This document shows positions 9,813 through 20,896 of a stretch of DNA of 64,000 nucleotides, piece by piece. The notes beneath the pieces were generated by a model. The model was given only the letters and a program-made list of their open reading frames with translations, did not search any database and was not told the origin of the DNA. Source of the DNA: an uncultured virus (IMG/VR IMGVR_UViG_3300035208_004867) (taxonomy: Duplodnaviria > Heunggongvirae > Uroviricota > Caudoviricetes); IMG/VR virus record IMGVR_UViG_3300035208_004867; one strand, given 5' to 3'. The translations under genes were made by a program, and so were the position numbers. Positions within the stretch are counted from its first letter, which is position 1, and every line of letters begins with the position of its first letter.

Positions 9813-10664
9813 ATGAAAACTAAAAAATATTCTGACATACGGAAAATAAAAATTACACAGACAAGAGTCATACATGAAATGACGTTTTATGCGACGCTTG
9901 CAATGACGGTACTGTTTTTCTGGGCACTTGGTGGTAAAAGTCTACCATGGTGTATAACCTTTACGGCATTCGGATGTACTCTTGATTTCAATAAAAAAAA
10001 TCAGCTTGAACTTGCTGCCGTGACAAGAGATAAAAAAGAACGCATTATCCGTAAATCTGTAGCACTTATGCTTTCTGTTTTTGTTCTTCTTTCCGGTTTA
10101 GGTGCTGCACTTAACCGCACTCTGACGGTAACTTCAGCCGAAGAAGCGGCAAAAGACACAAGCGGTACCGACGGGATGATTAAAATGTGGACAGATCAGT
10201 ACAATATCCAGATTAATCAGGTCAATACTGCAACAAAAAAAGAATGGCGTGATACGGCACAGATAAAAGCAGATGCCGCGATGAAAAATATTCAGGATTT
10301 GCAATCACAAAAAACAACAAAAACAGAAAATGCGGCTAAAACGGAAAGTGTAAATACCATGTTTGTGCTTCTCTCTGATTTTTTTCACATGGGTAAAAAT
10401 CCGGCACGGTTTATCGTAATTCTGCTCATGATGATGCAGCTGGGATTAGAAATATGTGTATGGGTTACAACTCCGCAATATTGGAAGGATAACAGGGGTA
10501 TAAAAATGACCGGAAACGGCAAAAATAACGCCATAGACAAACGAAAATATGCTAGAACGATAAAACAAAATACGTCAGGTGTAAAAAATGCCGTTAAAAA
10601 GTCCGGTTTTGAGCTTTCAGAAAAAGAATTAAAATCAGACGCAAAAAAAGTTTTAACTTTTTAG
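9813..10664 (+). CDS. Membrane protein with coiled coil
   Basis: Several hydrophobic segments; TTGACA promoter at ~9749. Confidence 0.6.
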   Translation: MKTKKYSDIRKIKITQTRVIHEMTFYATLAMTVLFFWALGGKSLPWCITFTAFGCTLDFNKKNQLELAAVTRDKKERIIRKSVALMLSVFVLLSGLGAALNRTLTVTSAEEAAKDTSGTDGMIKMWTDQYNIQINQVNTATKKEWRDTAQIKADAAMKNIQDLQSQKTTKTENAAKTESVNTMFVLLSDFFHMGKNPARFIVILLMMMQLGLEICVWVTTPQYWKDNRGIKMTGNGKNNAIDKRKYARTIKQNTSGVKNAVKKSGFELSEKELKSDAKKVLTF

Positions 10665-10730
10665 GAGGCAGTAGAATTATGAAATTCTACTGTCACGTGC
10701 GCGGAAATTATTAATCAGTGAGGTTAAAAA

Positions 10731-11291
10731 ATGATCAAAGGTGATGAAAAAATTGTGATGTATGAATCTGATGAAGCAGCACATAAAGAGACACGGGAAG
10801 TTGAAGGGTGGGTGTCAAGAGACGGATATTTTTATGCCGGATACAACGCAGAATGTCAGGCTCGTTATCGTGGATCTACACACAGAATATGTCCTGTCTG
10901 CGGAGAAGTATATGAAACAAACGGATATTGCAATCACTGTGCACAGGTAAGAGAAGATGAAAAATTCGCTGCAATGCCGGCTGAAAAATGGGATGAAACG
11001 AAAGACATGGTCTGCATATATGATGACGGTGAAACTTTTTTTGGCAGCCGGTCTGAGATAGATGAGTGGTGTGAAGATCAAGAATGTAAACCGGAAGAGT
11101 TGAAACTTGAAATATGCAAACCTGACATTGCAAAGCCGGTTGATTTTGAGTCATATTATGAAGATGAATTACCGGAAGGAAGAGATTTGCCGGATGAATT
11201 TGCTGAACAATGTGAAAAGCTTAATAACTGGATAAAAGAACATAAGCCGGTACTGTCATATCGGGGTTGTGAAATACGTGCAATTTTATAG
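10731..11291 (+). CDS. Hypothetical acidic protein with zinc ribbon
   Basis: CPVC..CNHC; GAGGT RBS. Confidence 0.65.
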   Translation: MIKGDEKIVMYESDEAAHKETREVEGWVSRDGYFYAGYNAECQARYRGSTHRICPVCGEVYETNGYCNHCAQVREDEKFAAMPAEKWDETKDMVCIYDDGETFFGSRSEIDEWCEDQECKPEELKLEICKPDIAKPVDFESYYEDELPEGRDLPDEFAEQCEKLNNWIKEHKPVLSYRGCEIRAIL

Positions 11292-11577
11292 AATATTATA
11301 AAAATCACAGATATTTAGTTTTGGATAGCGTTCAAATTATTTGGACAGAGGTGTAATAAGTTGAGTGCATTTGATTTTAGAGAAAAAGACAATGTAATTG
11401 ACGCAATCGTAGAACTTGCGATGGCCGAAGAAAACAATGGTAAAACAACAAGAGAAATCATTGTATCAATACTCGAAGCTGTAAATTACGGGATTGACAC
11501 TGCTTTAAGTGAACAAGAACAGAAAAACATTCTAGTCGAGAACAGGTAGAAAAATTTATTTTTAGGAGGATGGAAAA

Positions 11578-12009
11578 ATGGAAGATGGTGAACGTATTGT
11601 AATTGACGCAATTGTAGCAGGAGAAGCAGAAGTTGACTGCTGGGTGTGGGATTCTTATAAAAGAAACGGATTCAGAGCGAAAGTATTTGCTTTTGGTAAT
11701 TCAAGTACAAGTAAAGGAAGATTATTTTATGCACGTAAGTATTCAGAAGGATATTATCACGCCGAACCATACGAAGAACAGGATAAGCGAAAATCTGTTT
11801 ATAAACCATGGACAAAGGAAACGTTTCCGCTGAAAGTGGGGAGTGTTGTAAAAGATAAAGGAGCTGATTTTCAGGTTATAATTTGTGCATTAAAATTAAG
11901 TACCGAACAAGTATGGCTTGGATATGGAGCTTGTGCAACGACTTTTGACGAGTTGTTTGACAAATGGAATCTTTTAGACGGTTCTCCGTGCGGACAGGAG
12001 ATGAAATAA
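11578..12009 (+). CDS. Hypothetical protein
   Basis: AGGAGG RBS; C-terminal DGSPCG motif common in phage proteins. Confidence 0.65.
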   Translation: MEDGERIVIDAIVAGEAEVDCWVWDSYKRNGFRAKVFAFGNSSTSKGRLFYARKYSEGYYHAEPYEEQDKRKSVYKPWTKETFPLKVGSVVKDKGADFQVIICALKLSTEQVWLGYGACATTFDELFDKWNLLDGSPCGQEMK

Positions 12010-12010
12010 A

Positions 12011-12295
12011 ATGGAAAATAACAATGAAGATGGTACGAAGCAAAAAAGTGTATATCCACTTGAATGGGTGACTTATACAATTAATCCAAGCGACTACGGA
12101 AGTAAGTATATTGAACATCGTCATGTTCAAAGTGGTCTTAATATCAGGGAATATTATGCAGGAATGGCAATGCAGGCATTAATATTTCATTATGGCAATG
12201 AATCAGGTAATGCAAATGACTGCGCAAAAGTGGCTATAGAATACGCAGACGCACTTATTGCAGAATTAAATAAATCAGAGGAAGGAAATGAATAA
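12011..12295 (+). CDS. Conserved phage hypothetical protein
   Basis: GLNIREYYAGMAMQAL...YADALIAEL motif. Confidence 0.75.
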   Translation: MENNNEDGTKQKSVYPLEWVTYTINPSDYGSKYIEHRHVQSGLNIREYYAGMAMQALIFHYGNESGNANDCAKVAIEYADALIAELNKSEEGNE

Positions 12296-12746
12296 ATCAT
12301 TAAGAAAATGGCTCGTGGCACATGATGCGTGCAAATCCGGAGTTGACAGTCTGCTTGCGCTGCATATTACGGATGCACGTGACGCATACAATCGTGCGGC
12401 ACCTGAATACCTGATATGGACTGTAACACAAGATGGTGTTATGACGCAACGGAAGTGTGTGCAGTTTGCACTGTTCTGCGTGCGACAGGTTGCCCCGCTG
12501 CTCACTGATGATCGGAGCCGTGCTGTTATTCCGGCGCTAGAAGGATGGCTCGATGGCAGTATTACGCAGGGACAGATAGTCCGTGCCGCGGCCTATGCCG
12601 CCTATGCCGCTGATGCCGCCAATGCCGCCGCCCGTGCCGTCGCCTATGCCGCATATGCGGCCGATGCCGCCCGTAAGCAGCAGGCGGAATGGATACGGGC
12701 TAATATTCCGTTTGAATCGCTTAATCTGGAGGATAAAAAATCATGA
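12288..12746 (+). CDS. Ala-repeat phage protein (Imm5-like helical domain)
   Basis: FALFCVRQV..LLTDDRS followed by GC-rich AAYAAYAADAA repeats. Confidence 0.6.
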   Translation: MNKSLRKWLVAHDACKSGVDSLLALHITDARDAYNRAAPEYLIWTVTQDGVMTQRKCVQFALFCVRQVAPLLTDDRSRAVIPALEGWLDGSITQGQIVRAAAYAAYAADAANAAARAVAYAAYAADAARKQQAEWIRANIPFESLNLEDKKS

Positions 12747-12805
12747 AATCAATCGTTACTCTGCAGTGGAAAAATTGACATTGAAAATACAAGGATAAGC
12801 TGGTA

Positions 12806-13327
12806 ATGATGAACACAGAGTTCAATGAATATTGGAATGATAATCTCTCGGCTTTAATGAGTAATCTAGAAAAGATAGTAGGACATATATTAACAGATAA
12901 GAATCTTGTAGTTGCGCGTGATGCGTTCGGAAAAATTGCAAAAGATATTTTTTACGCTGGTAAAAAATGCAATCAGGATGATGTATATAATATTCAGCAC
13001 TGCATTATGGAGCAGGAAAAAGAAAGAAAAGGACTCATGGATAAGCTGAAATCAGCTAATAAGGAAATTGCAGAACTGAAAGAAAAAAATGCATTTTTAG
13101 AACTGAAAATACCGCACTGGATTCCGGTAACGGAAAGATATCCAACTGAAGAAGATGGTAAACCTGAATATGAAGGTGACGAAAAATACACCCGTGTCAT
13201 TGTCCATGTTACGGAATATTACGGTAAAAAATGGGATAGAGTAATGGAAATACGATTCTTTGAAGGTACTGATTTTTCTGAATTCTGTTATAAATTTGAT
13301 AAATGGCAACCATTACCGGAGGCATAA
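12806..13327 (+). CDS. Coiled-coil plus DUF551-like protein
   Basis: WIPVTERYP...WQPLPE. Confidence 0.7.
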   Translation: MMNTEFNEYWNDNLSALMSNLEKIVGHILTDKNLVVARDAFGKIAKDIFYAGKKCNQDDVYNIQHCIMEQEKERKGLMDKLKSANKEIAELKEKNAFLELKIPHWIPVTERYPTEEDGKPEYEGDEKYTRVIVHVTEYYGKKWDRVMEIRFFEGTDFSEFCYKFDKWQPLPEA

Positions 13328-13532
13328 ATAAATGACAAGCAGAGAAAAAAATGATTTGCGGCTAATCAGTATTGATATTGGATTCACACTTTTAGCACTG
13401 GATAAAAAAGAACCTGACGAAGAAATAAAAGAATGTGCAAAAATCATAAAACAGGGCGTCGACAAATTTCTTTATCCAGAGGAGGAAATATGACTGAGGG
13501 AGAAATGATTAATAATAATCAGGAAAAATATT

Positions 13533-13856
13533 ATGAGCAGAGACGAAAACATTGTTGTAAAAGAGTGTATTGAAGTTCTTGAGCTGTTTGGATTTTATGC
13601 TTTCCGCAACAACAACATTCATGCTCCGGGAAGGACATTCAACGGTAAAAAAGGATCAAGTGATATTCTTGCCATATCTCCCGAAGGTTTGTTCTGCGCT
13701 GTAGAGTGTAAGAAAAATGACGGCAAGCCGTCAAAAGGACAGATTGATTTTGTTGTGGAAATTGAACGGCGCGGCGGATATGGAGTTATAGTAAAGACTT
13801 CTGAAGAACTTATCCGTTATCTTAAAGAGCGTAAATCTGTATTGAATAAAAGTTGA
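13533..13856 (+). CDS. VRR-NUC / resolvase-like nuclease
   Basis: KGSSDI, AVECK, GKPSKGQ.DF. Confidence 0.85.
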   Translation: MSRDENIVVKECIEVLELFGFYAFRNNNIHAPGRTFNGKKGSSDILAISPEGLFCAVECKKNDGKPSKGQIDFVVEIERRGGYGVIVKTSEELIRYLKERKSVLNKS

Positions 13857-14611
13857 CAGAAATATATAATATATAGTTATGAAAGGTTTTTGTCCGCGCT
13901 GCGGAAAGGCAATAGAAATGTTTCCTGATACACATGGGAACACGATTGTTGCTGATAAAGAGGACATGGATTTTATTATAGTTTTTTCAAACGGAACGTG
14001 CCAGAAAAAGCACGGAAGAGCCGTGCATGTGTGTGAAGCTACGGGAAAGGATGGAAAAATTGCCGGATAAAAATATTGAAGACCTGCAGAGTTATCTTAA
14101 TCATTTATCTGACAGCAGTTACAACGGTACTATTCTGGTAACATTCCAGAAAGGGAAGCCGACAAATCTGTCACAGAAGGAAGAACTAATTGTAGGAGAA
14201 CTTCAAAAAAAAATTCCGAAACGGATTTGTGTAATCCGAAAAACTGACTCTAAGGACGGTAAAGAGGATGAAAGTAAATGATATCATTGTGATGATTCCA
14301 GAAAATGTAAAAGACAGAGAGCGTAAAAACATTATCAGGCACATATCGCACAGCAGGAATTAATTCCGGTGCAGGAAATACAACAACTGGCTTTTGGAAA
14401 AAATTAAACAATTATTTAATACGCTTCTCTAATAAGAGACGTTTTTTTATCAAAAATCATAAGTAATTAATTAAAAAATATCTAAAAAACATCATTTTTA
14501 ACAATTTTTGTGCATTTTAACCACTTTTTATGACAATTTAATCAAAAAGTTACAATTTTAAGCAAAAAATGGCAATTGCTAAAAGAGGATATATTTGATA
14601 ATATTGTGAAT

Positions 14612-15340
14612 ATGGATAAGAAACTTAACGGTACTTCGCTCGCTACAACAACAGACGTTCAGACATCCCTTAAGAGACACGGAAGACCGAGAAAAATGAC
14701 TCCGAAAATTCTTAAAGTTGTTTTTCAGATGACTCTTTCCGGCTATACTGATGAAGAGATAATAGAAGAAGTTAAAAATAAATGGGGAATTACCGTTGCC
14801 AAAAACACAATATATTATCACCGGCTTAAAAACAAGGATCTGTTTTATATTTGTGAAAAGGAACAGATACAGATAGCAGCAGTAAGAAGTCCTTACATGC
14901 AGCTGGCTACCAGAGTAGCGTCAATGCAGAGGGCAATCGAAAAAGAACTTGCTAAAAAGCGGCCGTCTGCTCAGGGATTGTCTATGTTGTATACGGCAAT
15001 GGAAACCGCAATTAAAAACGCAAAAGCATTTGAAATGAAACATGAAGAGATAGAACTAAGGAAAGAAGAACTAAAAAACGGGGAAGACAAGGATATTGAT
15101 AAAAATGAATATCTTGCATACATAGAAAAACGGTCAAAAAACATATCCAATGTAATAGATACGGAATATAAGATAATAGACGCCGGGGCGACAGAGGAAC
15201 TGGAAAAGAAAAACGGAAGCAAAGAAATATTATCTGAAGAAGAGGATGAAAAGACGGATGGTTACGGAAAAAGTGAAGAAGTAGATAAAAAGGAAAATGA
15301 CGGAGATAGAGACATTGGAGAAGAAGCTCTCCTTAAATAA
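14612..15340 (+). CDS. Probable terminase small subunit
   Basis: N-terminal HTH (GRPRKMTP); directly upstream of and overlapping the large subunit. Confidence 0.65.
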   Translation: MDKKLNGTSLATTTDVQTSLKRHGRPRKMTPKILKVVFQMTLSGYTDEEIIEEVKNKWGITVAKNTIYYHRLKNKDLFYICEKEQIQIAAVRSPYMQLATRVASMQRAIEKELAKKRPSAQGLSMLYTAMETAIKNAKAFEMKHEEIELRKEELKNGEDKDIDKNEYLAYIEKRSKNISNVIDTEYKIIDAGATEELEKKNGSKEILSEEEDEKTDGYGKSEEVDKKENDGDRDIGEEALLK

Positions 15341-16931
15341 TGCAGAAAAACTGAATACGGATTTTTCATCATCAGGAACAGAAATTCTTAAAGGTGATGC
15401 TTTTTTAAGATGGGTAATGTACCTTTTTTCGAATTCAGATGATACGCCTTATACTCCCGACTGGTGGCAGTCTTTGTATCTGAAGAATGAAGATGACTTT
15501 TTTATTACGAATAAAAGCCGGCGTATAGGATGGTCTTATATTACGGCGGACAAAGGATTGGGAAGAGCACTTGATCGTGCGAGAACTAATTATACTAAAC
15601 AGTTTGTTTCTTATTCTCTTGAAGATGCAATTGAAAAAATAAAGGTTGCCGAAGAGCATTATGATTCTATACGAGACTGTATGAAACCAAAGAAAATTAT
15701 AAGCCGGACAAAAACCAGACTTGAATTTCTTGATGCAGGGGGGAGGTCTGTGTCGCGTTTGATAAGTCTCCCGTGTAAACAGCCGCGCGGAAAGGGTGGA
15801 GATATTTCCCTTGACGAGTTTGCATTCCATGCCAAAGATACGCAGATTTACACGGCTGCACTTGCTGTTATCGCTAGGGGAGGGAGTCTTGAAATCGGGT
15901 CTACACCATTTGGAAACAAAGGATTATTCTTCGATATCTTCAACGATGAAAATACTTACAATGAATTCAAGCGTTGGAATATTCCTTGGTACTTTTCGGG
16001 GGCTTTATGTAAGGATGTCGTGAACGCAGTAAAAGACAAGGATCTGACCACCGAAGACAAAGTTATGAAGTACGGTACTATCCAGTTACAGAGGATTTTC
16101 CGGTCATATGCTATTGACGATTTTAAGCAGGAATTCGAGTGTTATTATCGTGACGACAAAGCGGCATTTATAACATTGGAGATGATACTCACGTGTACGC
16201 CGTCCGGTGGAAATGATAACACTGACGAAGATACTGTAGAAGTACATGAATACAAAGACCTTGACGAATTCATACTGGCGTATGATCCTGCAAAACAAGG
16301 GAATTTGTATGCCGGTTATGATGTCGGTCGTACTAATGATGCTTCGGAACTTATAATAATAGGTTACAACAATGATTTTAAAACGAAGTCGATAATTTTT
16401 CGTAAAAGTATGAAAAAGACAGGATTCGACGCACAGGAAGACATACTAAACAGACTCATGACAAGACTGCCGATACAGAGAATGTGTATAGATAAGACAG
16501 GACTGGGAATGGAGCTTGCAGAACATATGGAAGAACGCTACAAAAGGCGCGTAGAAGGATGTATGTTTACGAATGAATTTAAGGAAATTCTTGCTAACGG
16601 TACATGGCTTGGTTTTGACAGAAAAGAATTCAGGCTGCCGCATGACAAAGACTTGCAGCTGCAGATACATTCTATAAAAAAAATAATTACCATTAATAAA
16701 CATCAGCGGTTTGACTGTGACTCAAACAAGGATAATCATGCAGATGCCTTTTGGGCGATGTGTCTTGCCAATTATGCAATAGATGCCGGTCCGACATCGG
16801 CAGTGCATAAATCTAAATTTTATGGGCAGGTAAAAGAACAGAATGAAAAAGACGGTAATCATATCCGGGGAGAATCGCCTGCAGTAGCTATGAGCAGATT
16901 ATATCGGCATTACAATATTGTTAAAAAATAA
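15297..16931 (+). CDS. terL: Terminase large subunit
   Basis: NKSRRIGWS Walker A, LDEFAF Walker B, STPFG, GYDVGR, IDKTGLG, HADAFWA. Confidence 0.95.
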   Translation: MTEIETLEKKLSLNNAEKLNTDFSSSGTEILKGDAFLRWVMYLFSNSDDTPYTPDWWQSLYLKNEDDFFITNKSRRIGWSYITADKGLGRALDRARTNYTKQFVSYSLEDAIEKIKVAEEHYDSIRDCMKPKKIISRTKTRLEFLDAGGRSVSRLISLPCKQPRGKGGDISLDEFAFHAKDTQIYTAALAVIARGGSLEIGSTPFGNKGLFFDIFNDENTYNEFKRWNIPWYFSGALCKDVVNAVKDKDLTTEDKVMKYGTIQLQRIFRSYAIDDFKQEFECYYRDDKAAFITLEMILTCTPSGGNDNTDEDTVEVHEYKDLDEFILAYDPAKQGNLYAGYDVGRTNDASELIIIGYNNDFKTKSIIFRKSMKKTGFDAQEDILNRLMTRLPIQRMCIDKTGLGMELAEHMEERYKRRVEGCMFTNEFKEILANGTWLGFDRKEFRLPHDKDLQLQIHSIKKIITINKHQRFDCDSNKDNHADAFWAMCLANYAIDAGPTSAVHKSKFYGQVKEQNEKDGNHIRGESPAVAMSRLYRHYNIVKK

Positions 16932-17011
16932 TACTGTATTTATAAAACAAAACATCAGGTATTGATAATAATATAAAACCATAGTAAGATTTATTTATAA
17001 GGACGGTAAAA

Positions 17012-17287
17012 ATGAATGAAAATGTAGTTGTAACAGGTAATCTAAATTTATCATTACCTACCGGAGATAAATATATTGCTTTTATCTCCGGTCCTATTTC
17101 AGGTGATAAAAATTATAAACAAAGATTTTCTGCTGTACAAAAGAAGCTGGAAGATAAAGGCTATGTAGTAATTAATCAATGCGGAACAGTAGTGTTTCTT
17201 GACAGATGGAGACATTCAGAAGGTGCAAAACTTGAAATGGTCCACTCGATAAAAAAAGACAAGATAATTATTTTGAAAAGGAGATAA
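17012..17287 (+). CDS. DUF4406-like protein, apparently internally deleted
   Basis: FISGPISG..F....L...GY.VIN joined directly to C.TVVFL..W..SEGAKLE. Confidence 0.55.
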   Translation: MNENVVVTGNLNLSLPTGDKYIAFISGPISGDKNYKQRFSAVQKKLEDKGYVVINQCGTVVFLDRWRHSEGAKLEMVHSIKKDKIIILKRR

Positions 17288-18217
17288 AGTATGAAAAATA
17301 AAAGCTTAATGAATAATATCAAAAAAAAGAATATAACTAAAAAAGTCCGCGATCTTATGAAACTTACCGGAGCAACATCTGACTCCATTATAAACATTGC
17401 AAAAGGTATGATAAAAACATACCATTATGCGCCGGAAGTGGCATTGAATGTAATGGAAAAACAGCTTACAAAACGGGCGGCTGAGTTGCATACAACGGTA
17501 AGGGATATGCTAGCAGGAATGGAAAAAGCAGATAAAATGACTATGAGAGATTATCTGCCCATGATCAAATCAGACTCTACTCTTGATGTTATTGCAAAGC
17601 AGCCGCCGAAGGTTATTCGGTGAATAAAGAAAATATTATAACTCTTGCCCGTAAAAAGGCAGGGGATACATTATGTTTTCAGTGCCCTGATAAGATAAAA
17701 ACAGAGTGTACAAAACTGAATAACGGCGGTATGTCGTGCGAAGCACTGTTTGAGAAATATTTAGAGGACGGAAATGAAAGACATAAAAATAAAATCAATA
17801 GATGATGATATAAGCGCAGACATGCGTGAAATTTGGTTGTACATTGATTGTATCAATAATGAGTACAGAAATAAAAATCCTATGAGTACACCATGGTTTG
17901 AAAATTTATCTAAATGTTGTGAATCTTTGTCGAAATCGGCATTAAAGATGTTGGAATTATGTAAACATAAAATAGATATTCAATCTTATTTTATTGTCTA
18001 TTTTGGCTATGAAGGTAATTATACAATTACAAAGGGTAATTATCTCACAAAACAAACAGCAGTATATTGTCCGCGTTCTGATGGATTGCAAGAACCCTTG
18101 GGGATTGTAAATACAACAGAAATAATAAGTGATGAAATTGCATACGCTAAAATGACGCATTTAGATGATCATTTTTATTCAGCAGAAAGATTAAATTTTT
18201 TTTTATTGGACCAAAAT

Positions 18218-18285
18218 ATATTTTTAATTACCTATTGACAAATATATAAATAGTTGTATACTGATACTTGTGATCGGGAGTTACC
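18218..18285 (+). promoter_or_regulatory. Strong sigma70 promoter plus leader, copy 1 of a 68-bp inverted duplication
   Basis: TTGACA-17-TATACT; identical to the reverse complement of 45774-45841. Confidence 0.9.
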
Positions 18286-18626
18286 CGACAAGGAACACGG
18301 CCCACCCAACAGAGCGCCGGATCAAAGGAAGCAGAAAAATGAAAAGACATTTATATGATTTTTTCCTAATTAAAAACGACAGGCCGGAATATGTATTCTC
18401 CGGTTATATGTCAATTCTGGATCATGGTGCAGAAAATATAGAGTTCTACAACCATTCTAAAAGTTTGTTTAAAAAAATAAAGAGGTATAGTAATTTGTTT
18501 GTAAAAATGAATTATGGATACGTCGAGTATAAATAAGGAGTTACAAAGAGGATTGTTTTTTCAATCTTCCCGATTTCTGGAGGTAACTGTAATGCCTCCG
18601 GAAAAGGAGAAGACTGTTATTTTATA

Positions 18627-18690
18627 GTCGAAATGGCGCGATGAACGCCGTCACGCGGATACGTCCTACCGCGTCTGATGATGACAGGAC
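18627..18690 (+). ncRNA. Type II hammerhead ribozyme with loop I / 3' tail pseudoknot
   Basis: GTC-GAAA, stem III ATGGCG/CGCCGT, GTC cleavage triplet, stem I ACGCGG/CCGCGT, CTGATGA, T-GAC, pseudoknot GTCCT/AGGAC. Confidence 0.85.
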
Positions 18691-18705
18691 ATGAGGAGGA
18701 AAATT

Positions 18706-19116
18706 ATGTTTAATCACATACTCGTTATCGGATGGATGTTTATGGCCGGATGGGTGCCATTCGACGATAATGGATTTACAAAATATAATAATCAGTTTTA
18801 TTCTGATTATAAAAACTCCACGCACATTGATATGGAGTTTAACGCGCTATTTATAGATCATATTAATGTACGCGGTGGAATAGAATCTTGGCAGTATCCG
18901 GTTGCCATTGATGACTGGACTCCATATAAAATTAAATTCAATATAGGGATGGACTTATCATTATTTGAATTCAATAAAAAAGAATTTAATGTATATTTGT
19001 CTGTTGACAGATATTGTTCGCATCCGGTAAATTTATGGAATAATACCGCCGGATGTGTAAACAACGCGTATTGTGAGGTTTCAATAAAATTCAAGGGGAC
19101 AGCAGATATATTCTGA
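18706..19116 (+). CDS. Putative exported or outer-membrane beta-rich protein
   Basis: Hydrophobic N-terminus, alternating beta patterns, C-terminal Phe; GAGGAGG RBS. Confidence 0.45.
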   Translation: MFNHILVIGWMFMAGWVPFDDNGFTKYNNQFYSDYKNSTHIDMEFNALFIDHINVRGGIESWQYPVAIDDWTPYKIKFNIGMDLSLFEFNKKEFNVYLSVDRYCSHPVNLWNNTAGCVNNAYCEVSIKFKGTADIF

Positions 19117-19582
19117 TTTTATAAGGAGGAGATGTTATGATTTATGATGAAATCCGGCTTGCGCTTATGAAGGCGCAGATATCGGAAAAAATCGTTTCCA
19201 TGGTAAATAAAATCACCATGGAGCATCTGGAAGAGATCAGCCATGAATGACTGGTATATTTTCGACAAGACCGGAATCATAGAGGTTTCCGGTCTGTCAC
19301 AGAAAGATGCGTTTGAGCTGGTGGATGATCTCCGCGCATGTGAACCGGAATCCGGCTGGCAGTGCGCGGAAGACAAACCTGAAAATGGTGATGTGGAGGA
19401 AGCATGAAAATATCAACACGTGATTATGGCATCTACTGGGTATATTATAACTCCCGGTGGATGCTGGCTGATTTTCAGTTCGGTGACTGGTACATGTTCG
19501 GTACCGGAATTGAAATGAAAGACACCGATTTTTCAGAGATCGGCCCGATGGCGGAATTCAGCAACAAGCCGGAGGATAAAAA

Positions 19583-19840
19583 ATGAGTATTACTCATAAC
19601 CATCATGTATATTATGCCGGACGGATGTTTTATAGTCTGTCTGAAGCATCAATCGAGTTGAATGTATCGCTTAAGACGATATATTTAGCGCTCGACTCCG
19701 GTTTTTTAAGGGGAAAACCGATAACAGATCAGGAACCGGATATTGTAGAACCGGTTGTCATAAAAAAACAGCATCATGCCGGAGAACCGTTGATCCCGCA
19801 TCCTGTTGTCGACATGATATCCAGTAACTGGAGGGGATAA
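19583..19840 (+). CDS. Small NUMOD1-like HTH protein
   Basis: FYSLSEASIELNVSLKTIY. Confidence 0.55.
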   Translation: MSITHNHHVYYAGRMFYSLSEASIELNVSLKTIYLALDSGFLRGKPITDQEPDIVEPVVIKKQHHAGEPLIPHPVVDMISSNWRG

Positions 19841-20500
19841 ATGATTGATAAATTATTTGCCGTAAGTGCAATAGCAGAGTTTGCTGCATTGATGTCCGGC
19901 AACCGAGCCGCGATTGTGATATGCGGAATAATTTTCTGCATATTTTTATTTTTGGAATGCAGAGGGATGAAATAAATGATTGAACCTGATATTGGTTATA
20001 CATGTCCTCATTGTGGTAAAAAAACCGAACCTATTGTATTTAAAAGGTGTGACGGAACAATGGAATCGGAGCCGAGTTGCAAATTCTGCGGTTCAAAAAC
20101 ACCGCAGAATATAATAGAAAAAATAATATTTGGAAACAATGTTTTGGAAGAAGGTCATAATGTAGGGAAAGACTATATTTCAAGTAATAACACAGAAAAA
20201 ATTACTGAAAAAAAAATTGTAGAAATCATTATTGCAGCAAAAAGTGATGATTCTTTTGAGCGGGTATATCAATTACTTAATGTTTATATTCAGAATTATT
20301 CTGAAAAAATTCGTAGATTGGAAGAAAAGTTTAATTCCGTGTACAAAGAAGCACAAAATATCTTAGATATTATAGGAGAAATTAAAATATAAATATCGCT
20401 CAAAACCTGACATGCTCGAATGTTCTGATGAAAAAACGCACGGCCACTATGAATTAGTGGAGGAATAAGATGAAAAAAAGATGTTTAACAAGGGGGAAAT

Positions 20501-20827
20501 ATGAATGTGGGCTATTTTGAGAAATCGATCTGTGAGCTAAGTCGAGAACCGAACATAACGTTGGTTATGCTCAAGGCAATCGAACAACAGAGATTTACTG
20601 ACGGCAGAGAAGCGGAAGCGGAAAAGCACCGTTGGATACCGACTACGGAAAGACTGCCAACTGAAAAAGATGGTAAAAGCTATCCAGAACATGGTGATAA
20701 AATGATTGATGTGCTTGTGTATGATACAGATAAAGATATGTATGTTTGCCCTTATAATTTGAGAAAAAACAACTGGGAATGTGAATATAACGATCATATT
20801 TTATGGCAGCCGTTGCCGGAGGCATGA
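20501..20827 (+). CDS. DUF551-like protein, paralogue of 12806..13327
   Basis: WIPTTERLPTEKDGK...WQPLPEA. Confidence 0.7.
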   Translation: MNVGYFEKSICELSREPNITLVMLKAIEQQRFTDGREAEAEKHRWIPTTERLPTEKDGKSYPEHGDKMIDVLVYDTDKDMYVCPYNLRKNNWECEYNDHILWQPLPEA

Positions 20828-20896
20828 GATGAAAACAAAACAATTTTTTATCGGATGTGCTATAATGATAGCAATCCTTACTTTGGCGGTGTTCTG

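Noticed and set aside
18270..18337. MIGSY N-termini of the ORFs at 18270 and 45789
   Set aside because: The GTG lies in the duplicated promoter leader; real starts are downstream ATGs with RBSs.
20400..20470. CTGATGA in an intergenic gap
   Set aside because: No matching GAAA core or stems; it reads as a coding remnant.
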